Origin: an uncultured Burkholderiales bacterium
GTDB taxonomy: Bacteria; Actinomycetota; Acidimicrobiia; IMCC26256; JAGPDB01
Direction: 5' to 3'
NCBI GenBank assembly: GCA_964561855.1
Contig: CAZLQP010000004.1
Span: 1,341-65,340 of the forward strand
DNA: 64,000 bases
Shown piece by piece: positions 1-8,185 of the stretch (position 1 is the first letter of the stretch; each line of letters opens with the position of its first letter). The position numbers and the translations under genes are program-made. The notes beneath the pieces are model-generated. The model saw nothing but the letters and a program-made list of their open reading frames with translations. It did not search any database and was not told the DNA's origin.

Positions 1-872
1 GTTGATGTACCTCCAATAAATACAGGTCCTGCTCCAAGTGCCAAAACTCCTTTGGAGATATTTCCGGAGAGCCCATTTACGTCAGCTGCTTGAGGAGTAA
101 GATCAGTAACACCATCTTTGCCTAGCCCAACAATATTTCCAAAAACGCTAACGTTTGTTCCTGCAATGTTTATACCGCCAGTCGTTGTGTTGTCCGGACC
201 TTCTGCACCGACGACATTTCTATCAGCTGGGTTTGTTCCACCGATTAGGATATTGTCAGCATCAGGATGAACGCTAATACCTACGTCGGTAAGTCCACCA
301 CCGATAGATAAGCCTGTAGGCTCAACTCCAACATAGTTTCCTTGGAATACTCCATTATCGAAATTCGTTTGGATACAAGCAAGCGAACATTCTGTAATCG
401 AAAGTCCTTTAATCGTCACATCATCTGCGCCTACATCAAGAACGTTAGATGAAATATTTGTAGCAACAATATGAATAAGAATGGTTCCATTCATTGGATT
501 TGGGGCAACAGCGGTGTTGGCGCTTGCACCTGGATTGTTAGTGTATCCATCGATTATAAGTGCTTCACTTATTGTCGGTAAGTCCGTTCCAGGGGTAATC
601 GTTTGAACTCCGCCACTGGGGATTGTGAATTCGATTGTGTCTGCGCCTTCATTTGCGTTGGCTTCTTCGATTGCAGCTCTTAATGTGCACTCGCCACTGT
701 TGGCGGTTTCGCATATTCCATCGCCTTGGTTGGCGTCGGATTCATCTGTTGTTACATTTACTGTAAAAGTCGCTGGCGCTGCTTGCGCTTGGGGTGTTGT
801 TGAGAACGTTATTAGGCCAATAAGTAAAACTAGAGCTATGTTTATTATTAACTTTGTGAATAGTTGTTTCAT
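1..872 (-). CDS. Secreted parallel-beta-helix surface protein, N-terminal part only (gene continues past window start); tandem paralog of 869..3250
   Basis: Absent from the ORF track because it runs off the edge. ATG at 872..870 (minus) overlaps the TGA of the upstream paralog (ATGA junction 869..872). My translation is open to position 1. It starts MKQLFTKLIINIALVLLIGLITFSTTPQAQA/APATFTVNVTTDESDANQGDGICETANSGECTLRAAIEEANANEGADTIEFTIP: a signal peptide, then the same Cys-containing N-domain, then G/N/V-rich beta-helix-like repeats. Confidence 0.75.
   Translation of the reverse strand, partial: MKQLFTKLIINIALVLLIGLITFSTTPQAQAAPATFTVNVTTDESDANQGDGICETANSGECTLRAAIEEANANEGADTIEFTIPSGGVQTITPGTDLPTISEALIIDGYTNNPGASANTAVAPNPMNGTILIHIVATNISSNVLDVGADDVTIKGLSITECSLACIQTNFDNGVFQGNYVGVEPTGLSIGGGLTDVGISVHPDADNILIGGTNPADRNVVGAEGPDNTTTGGINIAGTNVSVFGNIVGLGKDGVTDLTPQAADVNGLSGNISKGVLALGAGPVFIGGTS
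619..788. repeat. 170-bp near-identical tract shared with 2997..3166 (N-domain coding region of tandem paralogs)
   Basis: Hand alignment of 619..788 to 2997..3166 gives 3 mismatches. Flanking signal-peptide and downstream coding DNA is clearly diverged. The plus-strand ORFs 625..915 and 3003..3299 are antisense shadows of this tract. Confidence 0.9.
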
Positions 873-3250
873 TTTAAGGTCGCTTTTCTTGTTGGCCTCC
901 GTGCTGATCTGGTGATTATGGTTCCTATTAAAAGTGTAATTATTGTAAATGATAAGAGTGTTTGAATGTTATTGGCTCCGGTCGCAGGTAAAGTTCCTGT
1001 GACTGTGGTTGGATTTGAACCTGTTGGTGGTGAATCAGGGTTGTTTACTGGAGGTGAGCTTGAAGTAAATACTGCTGCGAGTCCGACTGGGTCGACGATT
1101 ATTCCGTTAGCAATACCATCATCATCGTATTCTCCGCCGTCCTCGATTGAGTATTGCATCAGGATCGCTGGGTTGCCGCTAATATCAACTTTTTCTACTG
1201 TTGCTTCTTCTACTACTTCAAAAGTTTCAGTGTTTGGTCGGTATTTGTGTACTTCGAAGTCGCTTATTTCTACATCAGCAAATACGTATTTAGATATTTC
1301 TACAGTGTCGCCAACTGAACAATTCAAAACAAAATCAGTTAATCCAAATGGGTATGTAAATCCTTCGTCTACTACGCCTAGAGAATCTTCTGTTAGAGAA
1401 GAAACTGAACCGTTAGCAGAACATCCTTGTGTGACAAATGTTACGTATGTTGAACCTATTATGTAAGTCGAAACTGTTGGTTGTAGTCGATCAGGAATCC
1501 CATCGTTATTACCATCTCCATTATTTGGCCCAGCATCTTCCACTTCATCAGTAATACCATCTGCATCGAAGTCAGTTACTGAGCCGATCTCGATGTTTGT
1601 CGAAAATTCTGACGTGCCGCCAAAACCTCCAACACCTGCTGAATTTAATGGTGTAACAGTTGCTGAAAGTGCTTTGTTGGTTATGTCGGATGCTGAGCTT
1701 AATGTTAGATCGAATTGTGTATTTCCAGTATCGACTGTAGTGCTACCAAGATAATTTTGTCCGGGACCAGATCCAAACACTGTAGATGCATCGTTTGCAA
1801 AAAATTCAACACGGTATTGATTGCTGTCAGAGCCTATTACATCTAAATCAAAATTGATGGAGAGTTGATCCCCGTCTTGAACCGCAGAATTTAGAACAGG
1901 TGCGCGAAGATAACTATTAGTCCTATTAACGTCGTTTCCAATGTTTGTTGGATTAGGTCCAGTGTCGAAGAAATTCTCAGGAGGACCTGAGGGTGCTCCA
2001 TCATATGAGCTGTGTAGTAAATCAATACCGATATTTGAATCACCAAAATCGTAATAGTCGAGAATTCCTACTTCGAAAATACTATTTCCTAATATTGCGA
2101 CATTTTGTCCTATCAGGCTCATCTCAAAGAGAGGGATGTCTACCCCGAGGTTTCCAATAGCGGCACCTTTAGTTCCTACGATTATGTTTCCTTCGTTTTC
2201 GCCTGTGCCCCCAATTAGGGTATTGGAAGCTCCACCATAGAGAGATATCCCAGCGCCAGAATTGAGGTTTGCATTTTCAGAACCTGTGTAATCTCCACCA
2301 ATGATATTGCCCTGGACAATATTTTGGACTCCAGCGATTACTAATTGAGTACCAGGAATACCTGAAATAACATTTGCCTGACCTAATGATGGCCCACCTA
2401 CAATAAGGTTTGATCTTGGAGGACCTTGATTGAGTGGCTGAACTACACCAGCTCCACCTGTTTCTAGAGTTTCACCAACAATGCTGTTGACTCCGTTTCG
2501 ACCTATACCAATATAATTACCGTAAATTGAAACATTAGAACATAGTATTTCAATTGATGTGTTGCTTCCAACAACAATATTTCTATCACTTGGATCTGTT
2601 CCTCCTATAGTGATGTTTGAACAGTTATTTTCTAAGCCGATACCGCGGTATTCAAGTAATGAATTGGGTGATTGGCCAGTCGCGTCTGTACCAAGATAGT
2701 TTCCTTCGATCGATATATTATTCGCACTACCCAAGCTTCCGTCTACATAGATCGCATTTACAAATCCATCGATTGCCAATCCTCGGATAGTCACATCATC
2801 AGCTCTTACTTGGAGACCGTCCCAGAATTGCCCAGAAGCATTATCGATTTCTATATTGATCACACTATTAATAGGATCAGGGCTTACTGCAGAATTTTCA
2901 GTCGCGCCAGGATTGTTGGAATAGCCATCAATGGTAAGTGCTTCAGTAATAGCTGGCAATATCGAACCAGGCTGAATAAGGTGAACTCCTGATCCTGGGA
3001 TTGTGAATTCGATTGTGTCTGCCCCTTCATTTGCGTTGGCTTCTTCGATTGCAGCTCTTAATGTGCACTCGCCACTGTTGGCGGTTTCGCATATTCCATC
3101 GCCTTGGTTGGCGTCGGATTCATCTGTTGTTACATTTACGCTAAAAGTCGCTGGCGCTGCTTGCGCACTGTTTGTATTAACAAAAGAGCTCAATCCCACT
3201 AGAGCAATTAGAGCAAAATTGATCATTAGAGTTTTCAAAATTTTCACCAC
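869..3250 (-). CDS. LPXTG-anchored cell-surface protein with parallel beta-helix repeats
   Basis: 793-aa ORF with signal peptide (MVKILKTLMINFALIALVGLSSFVNTNSAQA) and N-domain GDGICETANSGECTLRAAIEEANANEGADTIEFTIPG. Many G/N/I-rich repeats follow (NISIEGNYLGTD, NVSIYGNYIGIG, NIVQGNIIGGD), then a D-rich segment DFDADGITDEVEDAGPNNGDGNNDGIPD. The C-terminus has LPATG, a hydrophobic helix and an RRPTRK tail, which is a sortase sorting signal. Confidence 0.85.
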   Translation of the reverse strand: MVKILKTLMINFALIALVGLSSFVNTNSAQAAPATFSVNVTTDESDANQGDGICETANSGECTLRAAIEEANANEGADTIEFTIPGSGVHLIQPGSILPAITEALTIDGYSNNPGATENSAVSPDPINSVINIEIDNASGQFWDGLQVRADDVTIRGLAIDGFVNAIYVDGSLGSANNISIEGNYLGTDATGQSPNSLLEYRGIGLENNCSNITIGGTDPSDRNIVVGSNTSIEILCSNVSIYGNYIGIGRNGVNSIVGETLETGGAGVVQPLNQGPPRSNLIVGGPSLGQANVISGIPGTQLVIAGVQNIVQGNIIGGDYTGSENANLNSGAGISLYGGASNTLIGGTGENEGNIIVGTKGAAIGNLGVDIPLFEMSLIGQNVAILGNSIFEVGILDYYDFGDSNIGIDLLHSSYDGAPSGPPENFFDTGPNPTNIGNDVNRTNSYLRAPVLNSAVQDGDQLSINFDLDVIGSDSNQYRVEFFANDASTVFGSGPGQNYLGSTTVDTGNTQFDLTLSSASDITNKALSATVTPLNSAGVGGFGGTSEFSTNIEIGSVTDFDADGITDEVEDAGPNNGDGNNDGIPDRLQPTVSTYIIGSTYVTFVTQGCSANGSVSSLTEDSLGVVDEGFTYPFGLTDFVLNCSVGDTVEISKYVFADVEISDFEVHKYRPNTETFEVVEEATVEKVDISGNPAILMQYSIEDGGEYDDDGIANGIIVDPVGLAAVFTSSSPPVNNPDSPPTGSNPTTVTGTLPATGANNIQTLLSFTIITLLIGTIITRSARRPTRKATLK
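2997..3166. repeat. Second copy of the 170-bp near-identical tract (see 619..788)
   Basis: Same alignment as above. Encodes APATF(S/T)VNVTTDESDANQGDGICETANSGECTLRAAIEEANANEGADTIEFTIP. Confidence 0.9.
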
Positions 3251-3378
3251 TAGATACAGCCTTTCAAGACATATATTGTTTCGGCACTCTACTGCTTAGC
3301 CTATACAGTCCATTTGGCTCATTTATTGATTCCGTTCGTCGACAACAGGTATCGATAGATGTCCGAATTGACCGAAAA

Positions 3379-3396
3379 GGAGGGTCAGTCCTCCGG
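3379..3396. repeat. Single REP core, family A (GGAGGGTCAGTCCTCCGG)
   Basis: Exact match to the core found at 25601..25618, 37340..37357 and 58080..58097. Lies in the intergenic region between the surface-protein gene start and the rpf leader. Confidence 0.8.
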
Positions 3397-3584
3397 AAGG
3401 GTAGTTTATAGTTAGCACTTAGAGTTGCGATAACTTGTCTTAAATGAACTAACTTCCGACTTTTTTCAAAATTTTTATAATCCCAGGTAGATCCACAGAT
3501 AGTATCTATCTCTCGGGGTTCATACGAGGTCAAAACGGACAATATGGTACATCAGTAAGCTTGAAATGTTTGAAAAAAGCAAAC

Positions 3585-3710
3585 TAGCTTGATTCTCCGT
3601 CGCTTTTGTAGACAAGCCCGGACCCGGTGAGTTCAGTTAAGGGGAACTGAACCCAGGCACGGAGACAAAAGAGGCCCGCTGCCCACTTACTGCAGCGTAA
3701 TACCCACACT
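3585..3710 (+). promoter_or_regulatory. GC-rich structured leader; candidate c-di-AMP (ydaO-yuaA class) riboswitch upstream of the Rpf-domain gene
   Basis: Locally GC-rich in an AT-rich genome. Contains GAUUC, CCGGUGAGUUC (cf. GGGGUGAAUC), an 8-bp hairpin GUUCAGUU/AACUGAAC, ACGGAGAC, and CCCGCUGCCCACUUACUGCAGCG (cf. CCCGA-CCGACAGCU(A/C)ACCUCGUA-GCG). The match to the consensus recalled from memory is only partial. Confidence 0.35.
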
Positions 3711-3774
3711 TCCTTAGCACTCGTGCATGCCTATGTCTGCATGCGTGTCTATGGAAACAGAAAGGAATAGCCCT

Positions 3775-5082
3775 ATGTATGTAACAAAGCATGGAGTTAA
3801 AAAAGAAAAAGAGAGACCTAGCCAGCAGATTGACCCTTGGGGTAAACCCATGGGACAAAGTGCGTCATCCCCACGTAGTTTGTCCCGCATCCAATTAGCT
3901 GTATCTCGTATAAACGGATTTATGTCAGCAGTGATTATCGCAGTTCTTGTAGTTTCTACAGGTCTGACAATGGTAATTACTGATTACGCTGAAGCTGCGC
4001 GACCAAATGTCGCAATCAAAAGCTTTGGAGCCGCTCAGGAGCTCGGAGTTCCTAGCGTTCCGACAAAAGACGAAGCAATAGCAATTGCCTCAGCACAACC
4101 GGTAGAAGGGTACTGGATTGCCACAAAGCGTGGTGAGGTATTCCCGTTCGGAGAAGCTGAAGACTTTGGCGGCTTGCCAGAGGGTGAACGAAACGATGTT
4201 GTAGACATTGCTTCAACACCTAGCGGTAAAGGCTACTGGCTATTAGCTGAAACTGGTGCCGTGTACACATATGGTGATGCACAGTACTTTGGTGGTGTTG
4301 AATCATCACCTGAAGATGAAAATAAGTTCGTATCTCTAGTTCCAACCCGAAGCGGTCAAGGCTATTTACTCGTAGACAACAAAGGTAACGTTGTTGTCTT
4401 TGGTGATGGCGAAAACTTCGGTCGAGCTGGAATCCTTCAAGAAGGCGAAGAGATCGTTGACGCTGTCCTTTCTTATGACGGCGAAGGCTATCTTATGGTT
4501 TCCCAATTTGGGTCAGTGTTTGTATTTGGAAACACTCGCTTTCATGGAGCAGCGCATCCAGGAATGCTAAGCGCTCCTGCGACTGCTATCTCTCCAACAT
4601 CTGATGGCGAAGGCTATTGGATCTTGGCTCAAGATGGAGGAGTGTTTACATTTGGTGACGCTAACTTCTTTGGTTCAGCAGTTCCAGATGGTGAAAAACT
4701 TCCTTCAATTGATATTGCAATCTATGGAAATGGCGAAGGCTATTGGATTGCAAAAGGTAAATCAAATGAAGTTACCCAAGTTAAGAATACAGATGGACCT
4801 GCACCTGTTCGAGTAGCCGGAGAGCGTGTTGAACGTGCCGGAGATGATGTATGGGCTGCACTTCGTAACTGCGAAGCTGGTGGTAACTATGCAACAAATA
4901 CCGGTAATGGATATTACGGTGCATATCAGTTCCACAAACGCACTTGGGACTCAATGAATACTGGATATGAATGGCCACATGAAGCTCCACCAGAGGTTCA
5001 AGACGACGCAGCACGTCGTTTGCAAGAACGCTCAGGTTGGGGACAATGGCCAGCATGTTCTAGAAAGATTGGAGTTAGGTAA
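3775..5082 (+). CDS. Membrane-anchored Rpf (resuscitation-promoting factor, lysozyme-like transglycosylase) domain protein with six GYW/FG beta-propeller-like repeats
   Basis: C-terminus DVWAALRNCEAGGNYATNTGNGYYGAYQFHKRTW...GWGQWPACSRKIG matches the Rpf domain (CESGGNW...NTGNGYYGG.QF...GWGAWP.C). An N-terminal TM helix (FMSAVIIAVLVVSTGLTMVI) is followed by repeats such as EGYWIATKRGEVFPFGEAEDFG, KGYWLLAETGAVYTYGDAQYFG and EGYWILAQDGGVFTFGDANFFG. Start is ambiguous (ORF opens at 3727). I chose ATG 3775, preceded by AAGGA. Confidence 0.85.
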   Translation: MYVTKHGVKKEKERPSQQIDPWGKPMGQSASSPRSLSRIQLAVSRINGFMSAVIIAVLVVSTGLTMVITDYAEAARPNVAIKSFGAAQELGVPSVPTKDEAIAIASAQPVEGYWIATKRGEVFPFGEAEDFGGLPEGERNDVVDIASTPSGKGYWLLAETGAVYTYGDAQYFGGVESSPEDENKFVSLVPTRSGQGYLLVDNKGNVVVFGDGENFGRAGILQEGEEIVDAVLSYDGEGYLMVSQFGSVFVFGNTRFHGAAHPGMLSAPATAISPTSDGEGYWILAQDGGVFTFGDANFFGSAVPDGEKLPSIDIAIYGNGEGYWIAKGKSNEVTQVKNTDGPAPVRVAGERVERAGDDVWAALRNCEAGGNYATNTGNGYYGAYQFHKRTWDSMNTGYEWPHEAPPEVQDDAARRLQERSGWGQWPACSRKIGVR

Positions 5083-5125
5083 AAATCTAACGATGATCGC
5101 GCAGGCTTAAAGCCTCGCATTAGAT

Positions 5126-5181
5126 CGCGTCGTGTGGTGTTCTTCTTCTTGAGGGTGTGATCACTACACGGCGCGTTTTTT
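5126..5181 (+). terminator. Intrinsic terminator between convergent genes
   Basis: Imperfect stem CGCGTCGTGTGGTG (5126..5139) / CACTACACGGCGCG (5162..5175) followed by TTTTTT. Confidence 0.55.
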
Positions 5182-5659
5182 ATGAAATCAAAAACTTCGC
5201 GTCAGCAAGATTGCTGAAATTATTTAGCTTAGGTTTAGTCCATCGTTGAGCTTGAGCGATTTGTGAACACACTTCGCTCCATGAAGAGTAACTAAATCCA
5301 TCTGCCAAAAATGCAACGGTCGTGTCTTGTCTTATATATACAAGACTTGGGGCATGAGAGATACCCAAAGATTTGCAGATACTAAAATCTGGATCCACGA
5401 AACATTGTGTAGGGATTGTAGTGTTCTCCATGATCCGTTTTGCGGCTTCAACATCGCCAGGGATTAGATATGCACATCTTGCATCGGAATCGCCAAAAGT
5501 CTTAAATATCTGCTCGGAAACTCCGATATAATCAATTGCTTCTAACTTTGAAGGTAACACTACCCAGCACTGTGCAAAAACTGTAGTCCAATCGTCTAAA
5601 GTTCTAGTTGTGCCATCTATAGTACTAACGGAGATTGTAGGATTTGGAGCAGTTGTCAT
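5180..5659 (-). CDS. Hypothetical protein (possibly thioredoxin-like fold, no CXXC)
   Basis: ORF 5180..5734. I prefer the internal ATG at 5659 (MTTAPNPTISV...) because the longer form overlaps the divergent gene start. No motif I can name with confidence. Confidence 0.45.
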   Translation of the reverse strand: MTTAPNPTISVSTIDGTTRTLDDWTTVFAQCWVVLPSKLEAIDYIGVSEQIFKTFGDSDARCAYLIPGDVEAAKRIMENTTIPTQCFVDPDFSICKSLGISHAPSLVYIRQDTTVAFLADGFSYSSWSEVCSQIAQAQRWTKPKLNNFSNLADAKFLIS

Positions 5660-5692
5660 GGGTATAAAGAGTAGCGCATTGGAAGGCTTTAA

Positions 5693-6781
5693 ATGAAAAA
5701 TTATGACGTGGCAGTCATCGGTGGTGGCGTTCATGGCCTTTTTAGCGCTTATGCACTATCGAAACGTAACTTAAATGTTGTCGTCTGCGAACAGTTCGAA
5801 TTCGGACACCTTCGAGGATCATCTCATGGTGCTGTAAGGATTTTCTCGCTTTCAAATGAAGATCCAGATTATGTGAAGCTGGCATTAAACTCAAGAGCGC
5901 TTTGGAGACAACTCGAAGATGACGCACAAGTATCTTTAATTGAACCTAACGGTTGTATCGATCAAGGACTCCCCGAAAAAGTAAGTTCTCGAATTTCTGC
6001 TATGGATCAACATTCAATAGCGAGTGAAGTTTTATCAAAAGACGAAGCACAATACCGTTGGCCGAATATTGAATTTCAAGAAAGTGTTGTATATCACCCC
6101 GGAGGTGGAAGAATTTATGCTCGTGCAACACTTGAAGCATTACACGAAAGATGTTTATCGGCAGGAGTAGATTTAAAAGAGTTTTTTGGAATTAAGAAAA
6201 TCACTCAGGTTGCAAAGAACAACGTTATATTAGAAAGTGAAAACGAAACAATTTCAGCTGATGTCGTTGTATGTGCTGCAGGCGCTTGGACACCGGGGCT
6301 TCTAGAAGGTTTAGTTGATATTCCTAAGCCCAAAATTTCTCAAGAACAATCGCTTTATTTTATGAGTAAAGATCCAGGCGCTATTTGGCCAAACATGTAC
6401 CACCATTTTGATGACTTCACTTTTTATTCACAAGAAGCTCCAGGAGTTGGCGTACTAGTAAGTGGAATACGAATGGGTACATATATCGACAAAGTCCAAG
6501 ATCGAGATTTTGTTGTTGATCCCTTGGTTGCGATTAAAGTTTGTGATTATGTCTCAAACTATTTGCCTGGGCTAGATCCAAAGCCGATTCAGAGCGATAC
6601 TTGCGTGGCAACTTTTTTTAAGAACGGAAACTTTGTTTTGGACAGAGTCGGCGACATCGTGATTCTGATGGCATGTCAGCAGCAGGCATTTACTTTTTCT
6701 CCAGCTCTAGCAAAGGCCGCTGCAGATTTAGTAGTCAATAAGCAGTTTCCACCTCTTAGATTTCGATTGCCGAATTCTTGA
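5693..6781 (+). CDS. FAD-dependent oxidoreductase, sarcosine oxidase / N-methyl-amino-acid oxidase-like (DAO family)
   Basis: N-terminal dinucleotide fold YDVAVIGGGVHGLFSAYALSKRNLNVVVCEQ. Length about 360 aa and VVCAAGAWTP are typical of monomeric sarcosine-oxidase-like enzymes. Confidence 0.7.
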   Translation: MKNYDVAVIGGGVHGLFSAYALSKRNLNVVVCEQFEFGHLRGSSHGAVRIFSLSNEDPDYVKLALNSRALWRQLEDDAQVSLIEPNGCIDQGLPEKVSSRISAMDQHSIASEVLSKDEAQYRWPNIEFQESVVYHPGGGRIYARATLEALHERCLSAGVDLKEFFGIKKITQVAKNNVILESENETISADVVVCAAGAWTPGLLEGLVDIPKPKISQEQSLYFMSKDPGAIWPNMYHHFDDFTFYSQEAPGVGVLVSGIRMGTYIDKVQDRDFVVDPLVAIKVCDYVSNYLPGLDPKPIQSDTCVATFFKNGNFVLDRVGDIVILMACQQQAFTFSPALAKAAADLVVNKQFPPLRFRLPNS

Positions 6782-6794
6782 TAACCCAATAAAA

Positions 6795-6824
6795 AAGAGG
6801 ACCGAAGGGAGACCCAGTCCTCTT
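6795..6824. terminator. Hairpin between convergent genes
   Basis: AAGAGGAC (6795..6802) pairs with GTCCTCTT (6817..6824), followed by a T-rich run. The right arm CAGTCCTC resembles the family A REP core. Confidence 0.45.
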
Positions 6825-6960
6825 AGTTTTCGTCCTACGGCGATGGGGTGGGAGAAAGGCGCCGAGAACGTATTTGCTTATATATTCGGCCATAATTGTC
6901 TTTATATCCATAGGCCTAACGGATTAAAAATTTTCAGCTATTGGCGCAAATGGCGAATAT

Positions 6961-8133
6961 TTAGATTTCTGAATCTTCTTGCGGAGCTTCGGTTGATTCA
7001 GGTGTTGTATTTTCAACGGTTGAAGTATCTGGTGGGGTGCTGGTAGTAGTAGAAGTGCTAGAAGTCGATTGAGTTTTGACACTTGGTCTTGTAGAGCTCG
7101 TTGTTGTATTTCGTCTAATTGTTGATCCCCAACCTTTAGCTTTAATTGGAGTTATGGCTTTTGCGAGAGGGTCAGGTTGAATTCTAAAAGCATTAAGAAG
7201 TGCTGCGTATATTTGATTACTAACTGCCTTTCCTCCGGTCCCTGTAATGTGAACGCCATCGGCTGTCCTTATGGTTTTATTTGATCCACTCAATCTAAGA
7301 GTGGAAACAAACTTGTTATCTGGACTTAAAATTTGTCCCATGTCAATAACGTATGCTTGATTCTTTTCAGCGGTTGATTTTATAACCTGATTAAGTTTCT
7401 GAAGGTTGCTATTAAGTTTTGAATCCCGCATGGCTGGAGCTAGAACAAAGTAAAGTGTGCGTTCATTTGTTTCAACAATGTCGATAATATTTTCGACTAG
7501 CTTGCCATATTGTTCTTCGTAATTTCTGCGATCAGTTGATACAATCGAAGCATCATTGGTTCCAAGGCTTAGAAAAAGAACTTCAGGATCGTAAGTAGAT
7601 AGGACTTCTCGAGAATGCTTTTCCCAATCAAAGAAATCTGGATTTGTGAGTCCACTGCTAGGTCTTGAATCATATACTGGCTCGATCAAACCTGTTTTGC
7701 CTAATTGTGTAGCTAAATTAAAGCCATATGATCCTGCAAGTGAATCTCCTCCAATATATACCCTTAACGGATCATCAGTAGTTGGAGTTCGAATATTTGT
7801 AGCTTCTATCCCAGCAACTTCTACAGGTAGTGCTGGATCTGCAGAAATTGAACTTTCGCTTTGTAGACTTGGCTGAGGACCAGTACCGAGTTTCAAAGTA
7901 TCGGTTGCGATAAGTGCCATGAGTAAACCTAGGATTACAGATATCGCGATCAATATATTTCTTCTTAGCTGTGCTCGTTTCATCCGAGCTAAGCGTCTAG
8001 AAGATGCAACTGGACCGCCTGCGACAATTCTTTTTTTATTCGAGTTACCTTGGACAGGGTACTGAGCTGGTTCGTAAGGATTTTGGTTGTTATTTTGCCC
8101 AAAAGGTGATTGAGGATATCTTGGGTCAGTCAT
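6961..8133 (-). CDS. Membrane-anchored SGNH/GDSL-family hydrolase with S/T/P-rich C-terminal tail
   Basis: Pro/Gln-rich N-terminus, TM helix (ILIAISVILGLLMALIA), block I YIGGDSLAGSYG, block V DGVHITGTGG, and C-terminal STSSTSTTTSTPPDTS low-complexity region. Confidence 0.7.
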   Translation of the reverse strand: MTDPRYPQSPFGQNNNQNPYEPAQYPVQGNSNKKRIVAGGPVASSRRLARMKRAQLRRNILIAISVILGLLMALIATDTLKLGTGPQPSLQSESSISADPALPVEVAGIEATNIRTPTTDDPLRVYIGGDSLAGSYGFNLATQLGKTGLIEPVYDSRPSSGLTNPDFFDWEKHSREVLSTYDPEVLFLSLGTNDASIVSTDRRNYEEQYGKLVENIIDIVETNERTLYFVLAPAMRDSKLNSNLQKLNQVIKSTAEKNQAYVIDMGQILSPDNKFVSTLRLSGSNKTIRTADGVHITGTGGKAVSNQIYAALLNAFRIQPDPLAKAITPIKAKGWGSTIRRNTTTSSTRPSVKTQSTSSTSTTTSTPPDTSTVENTTPESTEAPQEDSEI

Positions 8134-8185
8134 AACTACTCTATTCTAGATCATTAAGCTATTTTTGTCTCTACCCAATATCGTC

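Noticed and set aside
625-915. 96-aa and 98-aa plus-strand ORFs (625..915, 3003..3299) with near-identical sequences
   Set aside because: They are antisense shadows of the conserved 170-bp N-domain tract of the minus-strand surface-protein genes. Their similarity simply reflects that repeat.
3264-3542. 92-aa minus-strand ORF between the surface-protein gene and the rpf leader
   Set aside because: It has no recognisable features, spans a REP singlet and probable promoter DNA, and shows atypical composition. It is treated as non-coding.
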